Positions 13,001-26,239 of a stretch of 52,766 bases of DNA are shown here, piece after piece; positions within the stretch are counted from its first letter, which is position 1, and each line of letters starts with the position of its first letter. The notes beneath the pieces were generated by a model that was given only the letters and a program-made list of their open reading frames with translations, had not been told where the DNA came from and did not search any database. The position numbers and the translations under genes were made by a program. Source of the stretch: Anaeramoeba ignava BMAN (taxonomy: Eukaryota > Protista > Anaeramoebae); assembly GCA_028826165.1 (NCBI GenBank), contig JAPDFW010000045.1, positions 1-52,766 of the forward strand, given 5' to 3'.

Positions 13001-16000
13001 TTTTATTTTTATCAAATAAGAAATGGATAACAAGATGGATTATGTTGAATAATTGGATTTTATCTGTGAATAAATCAAATTACTCACCAAAACCTGAAAA
13101 AATATACGATTTGAGAGATATAATTTCTATCAAGAAAGAAAAAAGCTTGTTTGGACAGAATAATGTATTAACAATACAAATGCCTGATATAATAATTTCA
13201 TTGGCTTCAGAAGACATTTTGAAGAATAGGAGTTGGGTTGATCAAATTAGTGCTTTGTTCAATTTTATTAGATTTATTGCTAGTGAAAATAACGAAAGAA
13301 AGGAAGAGGTTGATATTATTATCTATCGTTTAAAATCCTTGCTTGATTGGATACAACAACAATTGAAAAATTATCAAAAAGAAAAAGAAGAGCACGAGAC
13401 GATGATCCAATTATACAAAGAAATTGATTCACAAACAACTTTTAGTTTTGAAAAGAGAATAGAAATATGCGATTACAAAACAAATCATTTAATTCATTGG
13501 AGGAAAAAAATACTGAAAAGATTATTGGATACAAAATTACCAGAAAGAAATAGAATTAATTTTTATGGATATATATGGAAAAATTTCCCACAAAAATTAA
13601 TGAAACAAAAATTGGATGAGAAAATTATTACAAATTATGAAAAAGGAGATTGGATTATATTAAATATAAACAATGAAAAAACCAAAAAATTTGATTTAAA
13701 TGAATTGATTCATTCGGATCAGGAATTTATTGAAGGAATGATTATAAGAACAAAGGAAAAAGGATCAATTTTTAAAAAACATGTTCATTTGGTTGAAGAA
13801 ATTGAGGTAAAAAAAGAAGAACAAAAAAACGAAGATGATATTTTTCAAATAATACCAGAAACAAAAGATCGAAAAGAAAAGGAAAAAGAAATGGCTTTTG
13901 ACACAGAAAGTATTAATGAAAAAGAACCACCTGTTCATAAAACTGGAGCTGTTTATTTATCTCGTTCGAGATTGAAATTGTCATCAAGATGGAAAATTCG
14001 AAGTATTGAGATTAATGGATATAATTTGAATATTTGTCATATTGATAGTAAAAGAGTATTAAAAACCATTTCCTTAGAAGAATCAAGCGAATTATCAATA
14101 CTTGACAAAAACAACCCAAAAATCCCAAATATAACATCAATTCCCAAATGCTATCAAAATAACATAATTTCAATTACAAGCAAATAAACAAAAAATATTG
14201 TTTGCTTTTTCTGCAGAAGAAGAACAAAAAGATTGGCTTCAAAATTTCCAAATACTGAATTACTTTCTGTTTCTCTCTAATATTGTTGTTGAATATAATT
14301 ACACAGTATCAAACAACACGGATAATAAGGATGGAAATCATATTCATCAAAACCGAAACGAAAATCTTGAATCAATAAAGAAAATGTATCATAATGTCGA
14401 ACAAAGGAAAGAATTACTTTATAAATCAGCATTCCAAAATCGGCATTTTACACCATTTAAACAAGGACAATTACGACAGTTCTTGAACAAAAGAAGAAAA
14501 TCTTGGATATATTACTCACATCCGTGATTGGGTTGATGAACAAATTCGAAACACAGAGGAAGATGTGCGTGTAACAAAGGAAATGCTTTCTATTTGTCAA
14601 GAAAATAATATCGAAGAAAGTATAACAATTGAAATGAAAGGAATTTGTTGTTGGAGCAAAAAAGAACATTAGAAAATTGGAGAAAAAAAATATTGCCAAT
14701 TTTGCTTAGAATTTATTTGAAAAATAACGAAGATTGTAAATCAAAAGGTTATATTTCAACATCAAACCAAAATATCAAAAAGAAAATGAACCAAATGAGA
14801 ATAATTCTGAAAATGAAAATATTTGTGAAAAAAAATGGGTTGAAATTGAGGAAGAAATCAATCAAAATATAGGAAATGAGATGACAAAATACAAAGTGAA
14901 ATATGAAGATAAAACTGAAATTGTTGATGAAAATGAGATTGAGATTATTATCCCGGCAAAAATTATGCAAATCAAGAATTTTTTTGCGAATCCAATCCAT
15001 GAAATACAGACAATAATATCAACACCAAAAACATCCAAAACATCCAAAAATCAGGACGGAAAGAAGTAATTGATGAAGATGATGGTGATGTTGAAGATAT
15101 TGAAAGTTCAATCAAGAAGAAAACAATTATTTGATATGCTAATTTCTTATGAATCACCAATTCTGGAATTTTTAATCATTAAAACAAACGTTTGCAGATG
15201 CAGATTTGATAAGTAAAAATTTGTTTCTTATTTTCAACTCAAAAAATCAAGTTCTGGAATTAATTGAGTTTGCAATCAAAACTGAAGTGGAAAAAAACAA
15301 AATCGGAAAGTTCTTTATTTCGAGCAAATAGTGTTGCAAATAAAATGATGACAAATTATTCACGATTAATTGTGAACGAATATATGATTCATATTCTCCA
15401 AAAACCAACACAAGAAATAATTGAATTGCTATCAAATTACGAAGGAAATCCTTTTGAAATTTATCCAAATCCAGATGATCGAGAAAGTTTCAATAAAGAA
15501 AATTTAGAAAGAATCCAAATTTATGCCAAAAAATTTCTTGATTCAATATTGGATTCGATTAGTAAAGTTCCTCTTGGTTTAAGATATTTATGTGCGAAAC
15601 TCAACGAAATCACAAGTCAATTTTTCAGTGAATCTCAATATGTTGCAATTGGAGGACTTGTTTTCCTTCGTTTGATTTGTCCCACTATTGTTGCACCAAA
15701 TGTATTTGGGATTTTGGATCAAAAAGAGAAAATTACACCCAAAATTAGAAAGGCTTTAGTCGTCATTTCAAAGATTATCCAAAGCATTTCAAATGGATGT
15801 TTATTTAAAGATGCGGGCGAGCTTGTTTTGCTCAATGAATTTGTTGAGGAATCAATTCCAAGATTGAAAGGATTTATGGACTCATTAATAAAACCTGTTT
15901 ATTGTCTTGAACCAAAACCAAATGATGAATTAAATGAAAATGTTGTTGTTGTTGATCAAAAAGAAAATGATTTGGTTGTTTTTAAAGTTTCTGAAAATTT

Positions 16001-16154
16001 ATCAAAATGTTTTTTAGTTTCTTCAAATCGTTTTGATTTAGAAAGAAAAATTATTGAAAATATTCCAATTGAAAAATGTTCTCTTCCTTCAAAAAATGAA
16101 ATTGAATCTGCATTAGATAATATTTATAATTTGGATAATAATTCCTCAAAATGA
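10071..16154 (+). CDS. SH3 - multiple PH - RasGAP protein (intron 10240..10300; several frameshifts in 14180-15295)
   Basis: Exon 1 plus splice gives an SH3 domain (AIARFNY...KWVKGKL...GIFPLNYVK). Four PH-like domains (RKGWL..WKKKY..WINII; KNGIL..WKKKY..WIQMI; WITRW..WVDQI; KTGAV..WKIR..WLQNF). C-terminal RasGAP with SLFRANS arginine finger and VFLRLICPTIVAP. Confidence 0.85.
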
Positions 16155-16355
16155 GAAAAGTATTTTATCTTTTTTGAAAGAGAAAACAAATGGAGAAGAA
16201 TTAGTTGAACAATTTAAATCTTTAATTCATAAAAAATAATTCAAATTAAAATTAAAAAATAAATTCTTTTGTTTCTTTTTTTATAATATTTTTTTTTGAA
16301 TTTTAAAAAAAAAGAAAATAAAAATGAAAAATGAAAAATGAAAAATAAAATCAAG

Positions 16356-19300
16356 TTATTTAACTGTTTTTCCACTAATAGCAAGAGGAGTCAATAATTC
16401 AAAACAACGACCATCTTTACTTTTTGTTTGACCCAATTTTTTCAAAATATTAACAGGAACATAATTTGATTGTTTTGCATTAGGAGATTGATATTGAAGA
16501 GGATCATCAAGTTTAGCTTTTATGATATTATTTTGATTTGAATTTTGATTTTGATTTTGATTTTGATTTGAATTTTGATTTTGATTTGGATTTTGATTTG
16601 ATTTTGATTTTGATTTTTCTTTTATATTTTCATTGAAATTTTTTGATTCTGATTTTTTTGTTAATTGAGTTGGAATTGAAATTTTTTGTTCAGTTTTTGG
16701 TTGAGACATTTTCTTTATCAATTCATCAGCTAATTTATTTTGTTGTCTTTTTGCTTGAATTGTTACTGGACCTTTTGGTCTCCAAACTGTTCCTGCTGTG
16801 ATATTTTGTTTTTCTAATTTCTGAGCTTGTCTTATTTGAATCAGTTTAATATTTTGGAATTTCTTTACTCTTTCTTGGATTTTTGCTTGTTGAGCAGAGT
16901 TTGTATTTTCTTTATCATCAGTTTTTTGGTTTTTGATTTGGTTTTGGGAATAAATTGCAGATGTTCTTCCTTTTGTTTGCATTTGAGCATTAATAGGTTT
17001 TGGTTGGAAAGGTGTTGTTGTTCTTGTTTTTGGTGTTCTTCCTCTTATAATTTCTTTTTTATCTTCTGATTCAATATTTTTTGGTGATCTTCCTCTTATT
17101 ATTTCTTTTTTATCTATTGATTCAATATTTTTTGGTGATTTTCCTCTTATTATTTCTTTTTTATCTTCTGATTCAATATTTTTTGGTGATCTTCCTCTTA
17201 TTATTTCTTTTTTATCTATTGATTCAATATTTTTTGGTGATCTTCCTCTTATAATTTCTTTTTTATCTTCTGATTCAATATTTTTTGGTGATCTTCCTCT
17301 TATTATTTCTTTTTTATCTATTGATTCAATTTTTTGGTGATCTTCCTCTTATTGGCGATCTTGCTCTTGGTGGTGTTCTTCCTGTTGTTTCTTGTGGTTT
17401 TTGTTGAAATGCTCTTGGTATTCTTGCTCTTGGTGGTGTTCTTCCTGCTGTTTCTTGTAATTTTTGTTGAAATGCTCTTGCAAATCTCCCTTTTGTTGGC
17501 ATTCTTCCTGTTTTTTCTTGTGGTTTTTGTCCGATTGATCTTGGGAATCTTGCTCTTATTGGGGATCTTCCTCTTTTCTTTTCTTCTGTTTGTGATGGAT
17601 TTTTTACAATTTCTTTTTGGGTTTCTTTTTGAATATCATCTTCAATTTTAGGAAGTTGTTGTTTTGGTTCTTGAATATCATTTTCAATTTCAGGAAGTTG
17701 TTGTTTTGGTTCTTGAATATCATTTTCAATTTCAGGAAGTTGTTGTTTTGGTTCTTGAATATCATCTTCAACTTTAGGAAGTTGTTGTTTTGGTTCTTGA
17801 ATTTCATCTTCAACTTTAGGAAGTTGTTGTTTTGGTTCTTGAATATCATTTTCAATTTTAGGAAGTTGTTGTTTTGGTTCTTGAATTTCATCTTCAATTT
17901 TAGGAAGTTGTTGTTTTGGTTCTTGAATTTCATCTTCAATTTCAGGAAGTTGTTGTTTTGGTTCTTGAATTTCATCTTCAATTTCAGGAAGTTGTTGTTT
18001 TGGTTCTTGAATTTCATCTTCAATTTCAGGAAGTTGTTGTTTTGGTTCTTGAATATCATCTTCAATTTCAGGAAGTTGTTGTTTTGGTTCTTGAATATCA
18101 TTTTCAATTTCAGGAAGTTGTTGTTTTGGTTCTTGAATTTCATCTTCAATTTCAGGAAGTTGTTGTATTGGTTCTTGAATTTCACCATTATCATCAGGAA
18201 TTTCAGGAAGAGGAGCTTGAGGTTCTGAAATTTGTAAATCTTCTTGAAATTTCGATCCTCTTTTGATTAATAATTCAACAACATCTTCAAATCCATTTTG
18301 ATCTGCTAAATTAATTGGTGCATTTCCATCAATATCATAAACATTTACTGTTGCACTATATCGACAAAGTAATTCTGTAAATAATAAATTTCCATTTTCT
18401 GCTGCAATATGTAATGGTCTTTTGTTTTTATTGCTTGTATCAATCCAATCAAATGGTGCTCCATGTGCTAATACATTTAAACACGTATCAAGATCATTAT
18501 CTTGGATTGATTGACATAAAATCTTGATATTAATTATAATTTTAATTTTAATTTTAATTTTAATTTTAATTTTAATTTTGATATTTTTAATTTTAATTTT
18601 AATTTTTAATTTTAATTTTAATTTTAATTTTAATTTTAATTTTAATTTTAATTTTAATTTTAATTTTAATTTTAATTTTAATTTTAATTTTAATTTTAAT
18701 TTTAATTTTAATTTTAATTTTAATTTTAATTTTAATTTTAATTTTAATTTTAATTTTAATTTTAAATTTTAATTTATAATTTTGATTTATAATTTTGATT
18801 TTAATTTTATAATTTTAATTTATAATTTTTATATTTACTTGTCCTTTTTCATCTGGTGTTTTATCTTTGAATTTTCCATCTAAAAACATTGTATCTCGAT
18901 ATTTTTTTTCAATATACATTTGTCTTTCAGCTCTTTCTGTTCGAGCATCTGGTTTTGTAACATTTGTTGGAACATTTGCTTCCCAAACTGAATTTACTCT
19001 TTTATTTCCAATTACTTTCATTAACTTTTTGAATTATTTTTTTTTTAATTTTAAATGATTAATTTTTTTTCTTTTCCAAAAAAAACCATCTTTTTATTTG
19101 AAAATTTTACTTCAAGTGTTTCAATATCCCATTGATCTAAAGTTAAAGAACGAACTTTAGAAATATGAACACCTAAAGAACGATGAACACCTGAACAAGG
19201 TAAACAAATTACTGCACCTAACATAATAGATATCCAATCAGGATTCTTTAAAGATTGAATTAGAATTTTCCAATTTTAAAAATTTTGTTTTTACTAAATT

Positions 19301-22300
19301 TTTTTTTATTTGATTTTTTTACTTTTGCTCCACAATCACAACATTCGAGATTTTCAGGAAATTTTCTTATTTCTTCGATTGGAACAATTCTATCACTTTC
19401 ATCTCTATCAGATTTTAACATACTTTTTTCTTTATCAGATTGAACTTGGTTAAGTAAGCCAGCAATTTCATTTTGAATAAGCATTATCCTTATTTTCCAA
19501 AATTAATTTTTAAATTGATTTTTGAATTGATTATTAAATTTATTTTTGAATTGATTTTTGAATTGATTTTTGAATTGATTATTTAAATTTATTTTTTGAA
19601 TTGATTTTTAAATTTATTATTTAAATTTATTATTTGAATTTATTTTTAAATTTATTTTTGAATTTATTTTTAAATTTATTATTTAAATTAATTATTTGAA
19701 TTATTTAAATTAATAAATTAATTTTTAAATTTATTTTTTAAATTGATTTTTGAATTTATTATTTGAATTGATTTTTAAATTGATTATTTAAATTAATAAA
19801 TTAATTTTTAAATTGATTTTTAGAATTGATTTTTAAATTTATTATTTAAATTAATAAATTGATTTTTAAATTAATTATTTAAATTGATTTTTGAATTGAT
19901 TATTTAAATTTATTATTTAAATTAATAAATTATTTTTTAAATTGATTTTTGAATTTATTTTTAAATTTATTATTTAAATTAATAAATTAATTATTTAAAT
20001 TGATTTTTAAATTAATTTTTGAATTTATTATTTGAATTGATTTTTGAATTTATTATTTAAATTATTAAATTGATTATTAAATTGATTATTTAAATTTTTA
20101 AATGAAAAAATCTACCAATCCATCATATCCTCTTTTGTATCTGAAATAAATTTATATGTTTCTGTAATTGAAACAAGATCAAAACCATTTTTATTGGATT
20201 CTGATGGTTTTGGAGTACAAGTTAAAAGAGAGATTTTCTCTTTAAAAATTTTTGCATTCTAAAATGGAAAATTACAAAAAAAAAAGAAAGAAAATAAGTC
20301 AGAAATCTATTTAAAAATCAACTAATAATTTCAAAGTAATTTCATACTCCTTTTATTTTATAAAGATACATTATTCCTTCTTTAAGAGCACACCATATTT
20401 TTCCAGAGTTTGCACCTCCTTTTTTTTTCAAAGCACCTTCCTTTATTGGATTTTCAATTGTATCTGGAACTTCCTAAAAATATTATTATTTATTATTTAT
20501 TATTTATTATTTTTATTTTTTTACTTCCCAAATTTGAAAAATTTAATAATAATAAAAAAATACAATTTTATTTTTCGATTCAAGTTCTTCTTCTTTTTTT
20601 CTTTCTCGAATTTCACGAACAATTTCTGCAAAAGCATCTAATAATTTTAAATTTCGGAAAAAAATTATTTTTTAAAATGATATTTTTTTCTATTTTTAAA
20701 AAATTTTTTTTTAAAATTATAATACTTTCAACTCCATCTCCAGTTAAAGAAGAAACTTCTAAAAAAGGACAAGATAAAGTATAAGCAAGTGATTTTCCTT
20801 CCATTGAAGTAATTTTTCGATTTTTTTCATCGTCAGTTGATGTTCCGACAAGAAGCATTGAATAATCTTTTTGAGTTTTTGCATTCATTATTCGATCTCG
20901 AATAATTGGAATTAAATCAAATGAACGAGTATTATTAATTGAGTAAAGTAATATAAATCCATCTACATTTTTAAACCACTAAATTTTAATTTTAATTTTA
21001 ATTTTAATTTTATAAATGAATTTTAATTTTAATTTTAATTTTAATTTTAATTTTAATTTTAATTTAAATTTTTGATTTTAATTTTAATTTTAATTTTAAT
21101 TTTAATTTTAATTTAAATTTTTGATTTTAATTTTAATTTTAATTTTAATTTTATAAATGAATTTTAATTTTAATTTTAATTTTAATTTTAATTTTAATTT
21201 TAATTTTAAATAATTTTAATTTTAATTTTAATTTTAATTTTAATTTTAATTTTAATTTTAATTTTAATTTTAATTTTAATTTTAATTTTAATTTTAATTT
21301 TAATTTTAATTTTAATTTTTAATTTTAATTTTAATTTAAATTTTAATTTTAATTTTTAATTTTAATTTTAATTTTAATTTTAATTTTAATTTTAATTTTA
21401 ATTTTAATTTTAATTTTAATTTTAATTTTAATTTTAATTTTAATTTTAAATTTTAATTTTAATTTTAATTTTATTTTTAATTTTAATTTTTAATTTTAAT
21501 TTTTTATTTTTTAATAAATTTGAATTTTTAATTTTAATTTTTAATTTTTAATATAAATGAATTTTAATTTTAATTTTAATTTTAATTTTAATTTTAATTT
21601 TAATTTTAATTTTAATTTTAATAATAAATTTAATTTTAATTTTAATTTTTAATTTTAAATTTATAAATGAATTTTAATTTTAATTTTTAATTTTAAATTT
21701 ATAAATGAATTTTAATTTTAATTTTAATTTTAATTTATAAATGAATTTTAATTTTAGTTTTATAAATGAATTTTAATTTTTTGTTGATTTAATTTTTAAT
21801 TTTTAATTTTAATTTTTGGAATGTGACTAGTTTTTTGCTCTTTTTAATTTTTTTTTTGCTTTTTTTTTTTTTAATACTTGAGGATAAATTGAAACATAAT
21901 CATCACTTCCACTAATATCAATAAGGTCAAGTGTAACATCTTGATCATCAATTTTTGTTTTTTTTCTGTGATTATCATCTATTATATTTATATTTATATT
22001 TATATTTATTTTTATATTTATATTTATTTTTATTTTTATATTTATTTTTATTTATTTTTCATTTTAAAAAAAAAAACGTTAATAAAACAATATTCGATTA
22101 GCAAAATAATTAAATATCGAAATAATTACAAAGTGTGGGATCGTGTTCATATTCAAAATCATCTCTTACATAACGCATAATTAATCTGGTTTTACCTACT
22201 TGATCACCAGTTACACACTAAAATAAATTCAAGAAGAAAAAAAAAATTTGAGAAAAGAATTTCATGTTTTGTCATTTTCAAAAAACAAAAACAAAAACAA

Positions 22301-22348
22301 AAACAAAAACAAAATGAATTTTACAATTCTTAATAAAGGATTTGTCAT
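16356..22348 (-). CDS. AGAP/centaurin-gamma-like protein: degenerate Ras-like domain - PH - ArfGAP - ankyrin repeats - repetitive tail (about 10 introns; frameshift near 17328)
   Basis: Spliced: MTNPLLRI|[20 protein letters not shown]|..LIDISG..|[20 protein letters not shown]; [12 protein letters not shown]; ArfGAP CCDCGAK|[37 protein letters not shown]; ankyrin [21 protein letters not shown]. Confidence 0.88.
17035..17350 (-). repeat. 51-bp coding tandem repeat ([17 protein letters not shown], about 6 copies)
   Basis: CCTCTT recurs at 17041, 17092, 17143, 17194, 17245, 17296. Confidence 0.9.
17630..18200 (-). repeat. 42-bp coding tandem repeat ([14 protein letters not shown], about 13 copies)
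   Basis: GGAAGTTGTTGTTTTGGTTCTTGAA recurs every 42 bp, in frame with the ankyrin exon. Confidence 0.9.
18523..18838 (-). repeat. Intron filled with (ATTAAA)n hexamer
   Basis: GT at 18838, AG at 18523; joins KGQ|ILCQ in frame. Confidence 0.85.
19489..20115 (-). repeat. Intron filled with degenerate AT minisatellite
   Basis: GT at 20115, AG at 19489; splits the conserved PH-domain Trp codon (TG|G). Confidence 0.85.
20979..21877 (-). repeat. 899-nt intron filled with (ATTAAA)n
   Basis: Joins YPQ|WFKN in the Ras-like domain. Confidence 0.85.
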
Positions 22349-22433
22349 TAATTAAATCAAAAAACAAATGAAAATGAAAATGAAAAAATGAAAAAATTTT
22401 TTTATTTTTTTTTTCATTTTTTTCCTTCTTCTT
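22349..22433. promoter_or_regulatory. 85-bp bidirectional promoter (AGAP-like / actin-related)
   Basis: Head-to-head ATGs; AAATGAAAA x4 then TTTTCATTTT. Confidence 0.6.
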
Positions 22434-23880
22434 ATGAATTGTATAGTAATTGATTTAGGATCTTATTCCGTTAAAGCAGGATTTGCAGGACAAACAAAAC
22501 CAACAATTAAATTTCAAAGTGCGATTGGAAAAAATGATAAAAATAGTTTAATTATTGGACCAACACCACAAGAAACAAGAAATTTAAACACATTAGATTT
22601 TCTAATTTCAGAAGGACTTTCAACTGGATCAATAAATTGGGATTATGCGGAGCTTTTATATGAATATATTTTTGAGAAAAAACTCCGTATTCATGATACA
22701 AGTTCAACTTCAGTTCTTCATACTTTAATAACTCACACTACAAAATCAGATCTTGAAACTTTAACTGAATATTTTATGGAAAAACTTGATGTTAGACATT
22801 TTAATATCATTGACCAAAATGTTTCTATTATTGCTTCACTTCCACAAACTAGTGGTGTTATTGTTAATTTTGGTCAATCTTTTACTCAAATTATTCCTTA
22901 TTATTCTGGTGTTTTATTGAAATTTTCAAAATCTATTCTTAATATTGGTGGTAAAGATTTGACTGATTATTTGACTCAATTACTTACTACTCAAGGTTTT
23001 TATCTTGATTCTCCTCAAGGTTTTGTTATTGCTAGTGAATTGAAGGAAAATTATTCTTTTGTTAATTTATTTCCTCAAATTAATGATTGGGAAAAACTTT
23101 CAAATCAATTTAAAAATGAAATTTCAACAAACCCAAAACTTATGAAGAGATATCCTAATTTTAAAGTATTTAGGAATAAGATTATTGATTAATTTTAATA
23201 TTTAATTTTAATTTTAATATTTAATATTTAATATTTTTAATATTTAATATTTAATATTTTTAATATTTAATATTTAATATTTTTAATATTTAATATTTAA
23301 TATTTTTAATATTTTATATTTAATATTTAATATTTAATAATTTTAATTTTAATTTTAATTTTAATATTTATTTTTTAGTTTGAATTCATTTACAAATCAA
23401 AATTAAAATTGGATTTTTATTTTAAAATTTCAGGAATTAAAACCAATTACACATGAATTTGGAAATGGATTTTCATTTGATTTTAAATCAGAAAGATATT
23501 CAATAATGGAACCATTATTTGAACCAAAATTAATAGGGAATTTTCAAGAAGGATTACCAAATGTAATTTCTCAATCAATAACAAAATGCGAAATGGATAT
23601 AAGAAGATCACTTTATGAGGGGATAATTTTAGCTGGCGGTACAGCAGCAACACCTTTATTAGCAGAAAGACTCACACAAGAATTATCCGGACTTACAAAT
23701 TCAAAAGTGAAAATTGTAAATGAAAAAAATTTATCTTCTGCTGATTTAATTGTTTGGAAAGGTTCTTCAACTTTGGCTGCTCTTACTGGTTTTGAACAGA
23801 TTATGATTTCTCAACAAGATTATAAGGAAAATGGTGCTCATTTGATTTTTTCAGAAATGATAAAGGAATTTGTTCAATAG
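22434..23880 (+). CDS. Divergent actin-related protein (intron 23166..23433)
   Basis: IVIDLGSYSVKAGFAG, IGGKDLTDYL, EPLFEP, CEMDIRRSLY..IILAGG, VWKGSS, ISQQDYKENG actin-family motifs. Confidence 0.92.
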
Positions 23881-24012
23881 TTTAATTATTTTTACATTTT
23901 CTTTTAAACAAATCAAAACAATTTTTTTCCCTTTTTTTTTTTTTTCAAATTATTTTTTTCATTTTTTTTCTTTTTTTTAAATAAATTTAAATTAAAAAAA
24001 AAAGTTTTTAAA

Positions 24013-26103
24013 ATGAAAATTGGATTGATTTTATTTGTTTTTTTAATAATTGGATTTATTTATGGATATGATTGGACTCCAGTTGATCAAGTTCTCGAAA
24101 ATGCAGTAAAAGAAAAAGCATTTCCAGGATGTACTGCTCTTGTTGGTTCTTCTGAAGGAGTTATTTATGCAAAACCTTTTGGTTATTATACTTATGGTTT
24201 ACCTGCACCAGTTACTCATACAAATCCTGCAGTTCAAATGGATGTAATAAATCATTAATAATTATATTTAATTCAAATTTAATTTTATTTAATTCAAATT
24301 TAATTTAATTAATTAATTTAATTCAAAATAATTATATTTAAAAATATTTTTATAAAGACAATGTATGATCTTGCAAGTTTAACAAAAGTAGTCGCAACAA
24401 CAACAGCTGTTATGCAATTTTATCAAAGAGGAGAATTAGATCTTAATACTAAATTAATTGATCCAAAATTATTAGGTGAAAAATATAATAATAATGGAAA
24501 AGATCAAATTACTGTGAGAAATTTATTACTTCATAATGCTGGATTCCCACCTGATCCAGTTCCAGATTATTGGAATAAAACATTTGGATGTCCAGAAGCA
24601 CAAAAATATTATCCACCTGAAGATTTTAATTGTCGAGCTAAAATTTATTCATCTGTAATGACTCAAACACTTATTTATCCAACTGGATCTAAATATATCT
24701 ATAGTGATTTAAGTATGATTACAATGATGTATGTTGTTGGAAAACTTGCACATGATCTTAAGTATATTACACCTGAAGATCTTGATCCAATTTGTGTTGC
24801 TAATTCAAGTATCAATGTAAATGATTTAAATGGACTTGAACAATGTTATTATGAAGCTTATGTTAGAATTTTTGTTTTATCACCATTGAATACTCAAAGA
24901 ACTATGTTTAGACCAAATGTATCTTTATGGGGTGATTGTTCACCAACTGAAAATGATACTTGGTTTAGACATCAAGTTATTGAAGGATTTGTTCATGATG
25001 GAAATGCTTATATTATGGTTAAAATTTATATTTAATTTACAAAAAATATTTAATTTAATTTAATTTAATTTAATTTAATTTATTTTATTTTTTATTTACA
25101 ATAATAAAGGGAGGAATATCAGGACATGCAGGTAATTTTAAATTAATTATTAAATTATCTATTTCAAAAATTTATTTAATTAATAAATTTAATTTATTAG
25201 GATTATTTAGTATTTCACAAGATTTAGGATATTTAATGGAAAAATTAGTATTTGCACCTGAAGATTCTAATTATGTTAATAAAACAACAGTTGAATTATT
25301 TACAACAATTTATAATGAAACTCAATCATCACGTGCTTTAGGTTGGGATACTAATTTGGAGAATTATTATTGTGGAGACTTATCTCAAAAAACATTTTGT
25401 CATACTGGGTAAATTTGATTTTAATTTATTTAAATATTTAATTTAAATATTTTGATTTAAATAATTTGATTTAAAAATAATTTGATTTATAAATAATTTG
25501 ATTTAAATAATAGATTTAAAAATAATTTGATTTAAATAATTTGATTTATAAATATTTTGATTTAAATATTTTGATTTAAATATTTTATTTATAAATAATT
25601 TGATTTAAATAATTTGATTTAAATATTTTAATTTAAATATTTTGATTTAAATATTTTGATTTATAAATAATTTGATTTAAATATTTGATTTAAATAATTT
25701 GATTTAAATAATTGATTTATAAATAATTTGATTTAAATATTTAATTTAAATATTTTGATTTAAATACAATTTGATTTATAAATAATTTGATTTAAATAAT
25801 AGATTTAAAAATAATTTGATTTAAATAATTTGATTTAAAATATTTTGATTTATAAATATTTGATTTATAAATATTTTGATTTAAATAATTTGATTTAAAT
25901 AATTAATTTAAATATTTGATTTTCTAAAAAAAATAAGATTTACTGGTACTTCAATTTGTGCTGATCCAACAAGAAAACTTTATGCAATTTTATTAACTGC
26001 AAGAGTTTATCCAACAAGAGAAAATAATTTAATTAGGAAAGTAAGAACTCAATTTGGAACTGCAGTTCAACAAGTTTTTGATCAAGATGAAAAGAATAAT
26101 TAA
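24013..26103 (+). CDS. Secreted beta-lactamase-fold (class C / family VIII esterase-like) serine hydrolase; introns 24244..24357, 25018..25109, 25132..25200, 25409..25937
   Basis: Signal peptide MKIGLILFVFLIIGFIYG; SxxK in DLASLTK; LLLHNAG; YSD; VHDGNA; 22-nt micro-exon GGISGHAG; HTGFTGTS; LTARVYP. Confidence 0.92.
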
Positions 26104-26239
26104 AAAAAGGAAAAAACTAAAAATTAATTTGGATTTTTTTTGAATTTTTAATTCCACTTTTTTTTTTGGATCATTTTAAAGAAAAAAAGAATAAGAATAA
26201 AACCGAAAAAAAGTAAAAAAATAAAAAATCAAATCTGAA

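Noticed and set aside
17334-18266. Repetitive ORFs [10 protein letters not shown].., [10 protein letters not shown].., VVVLVLEFH..
   Set aside because: Alternative frames or antisense of the coding repeats in the ArfGAP gene.
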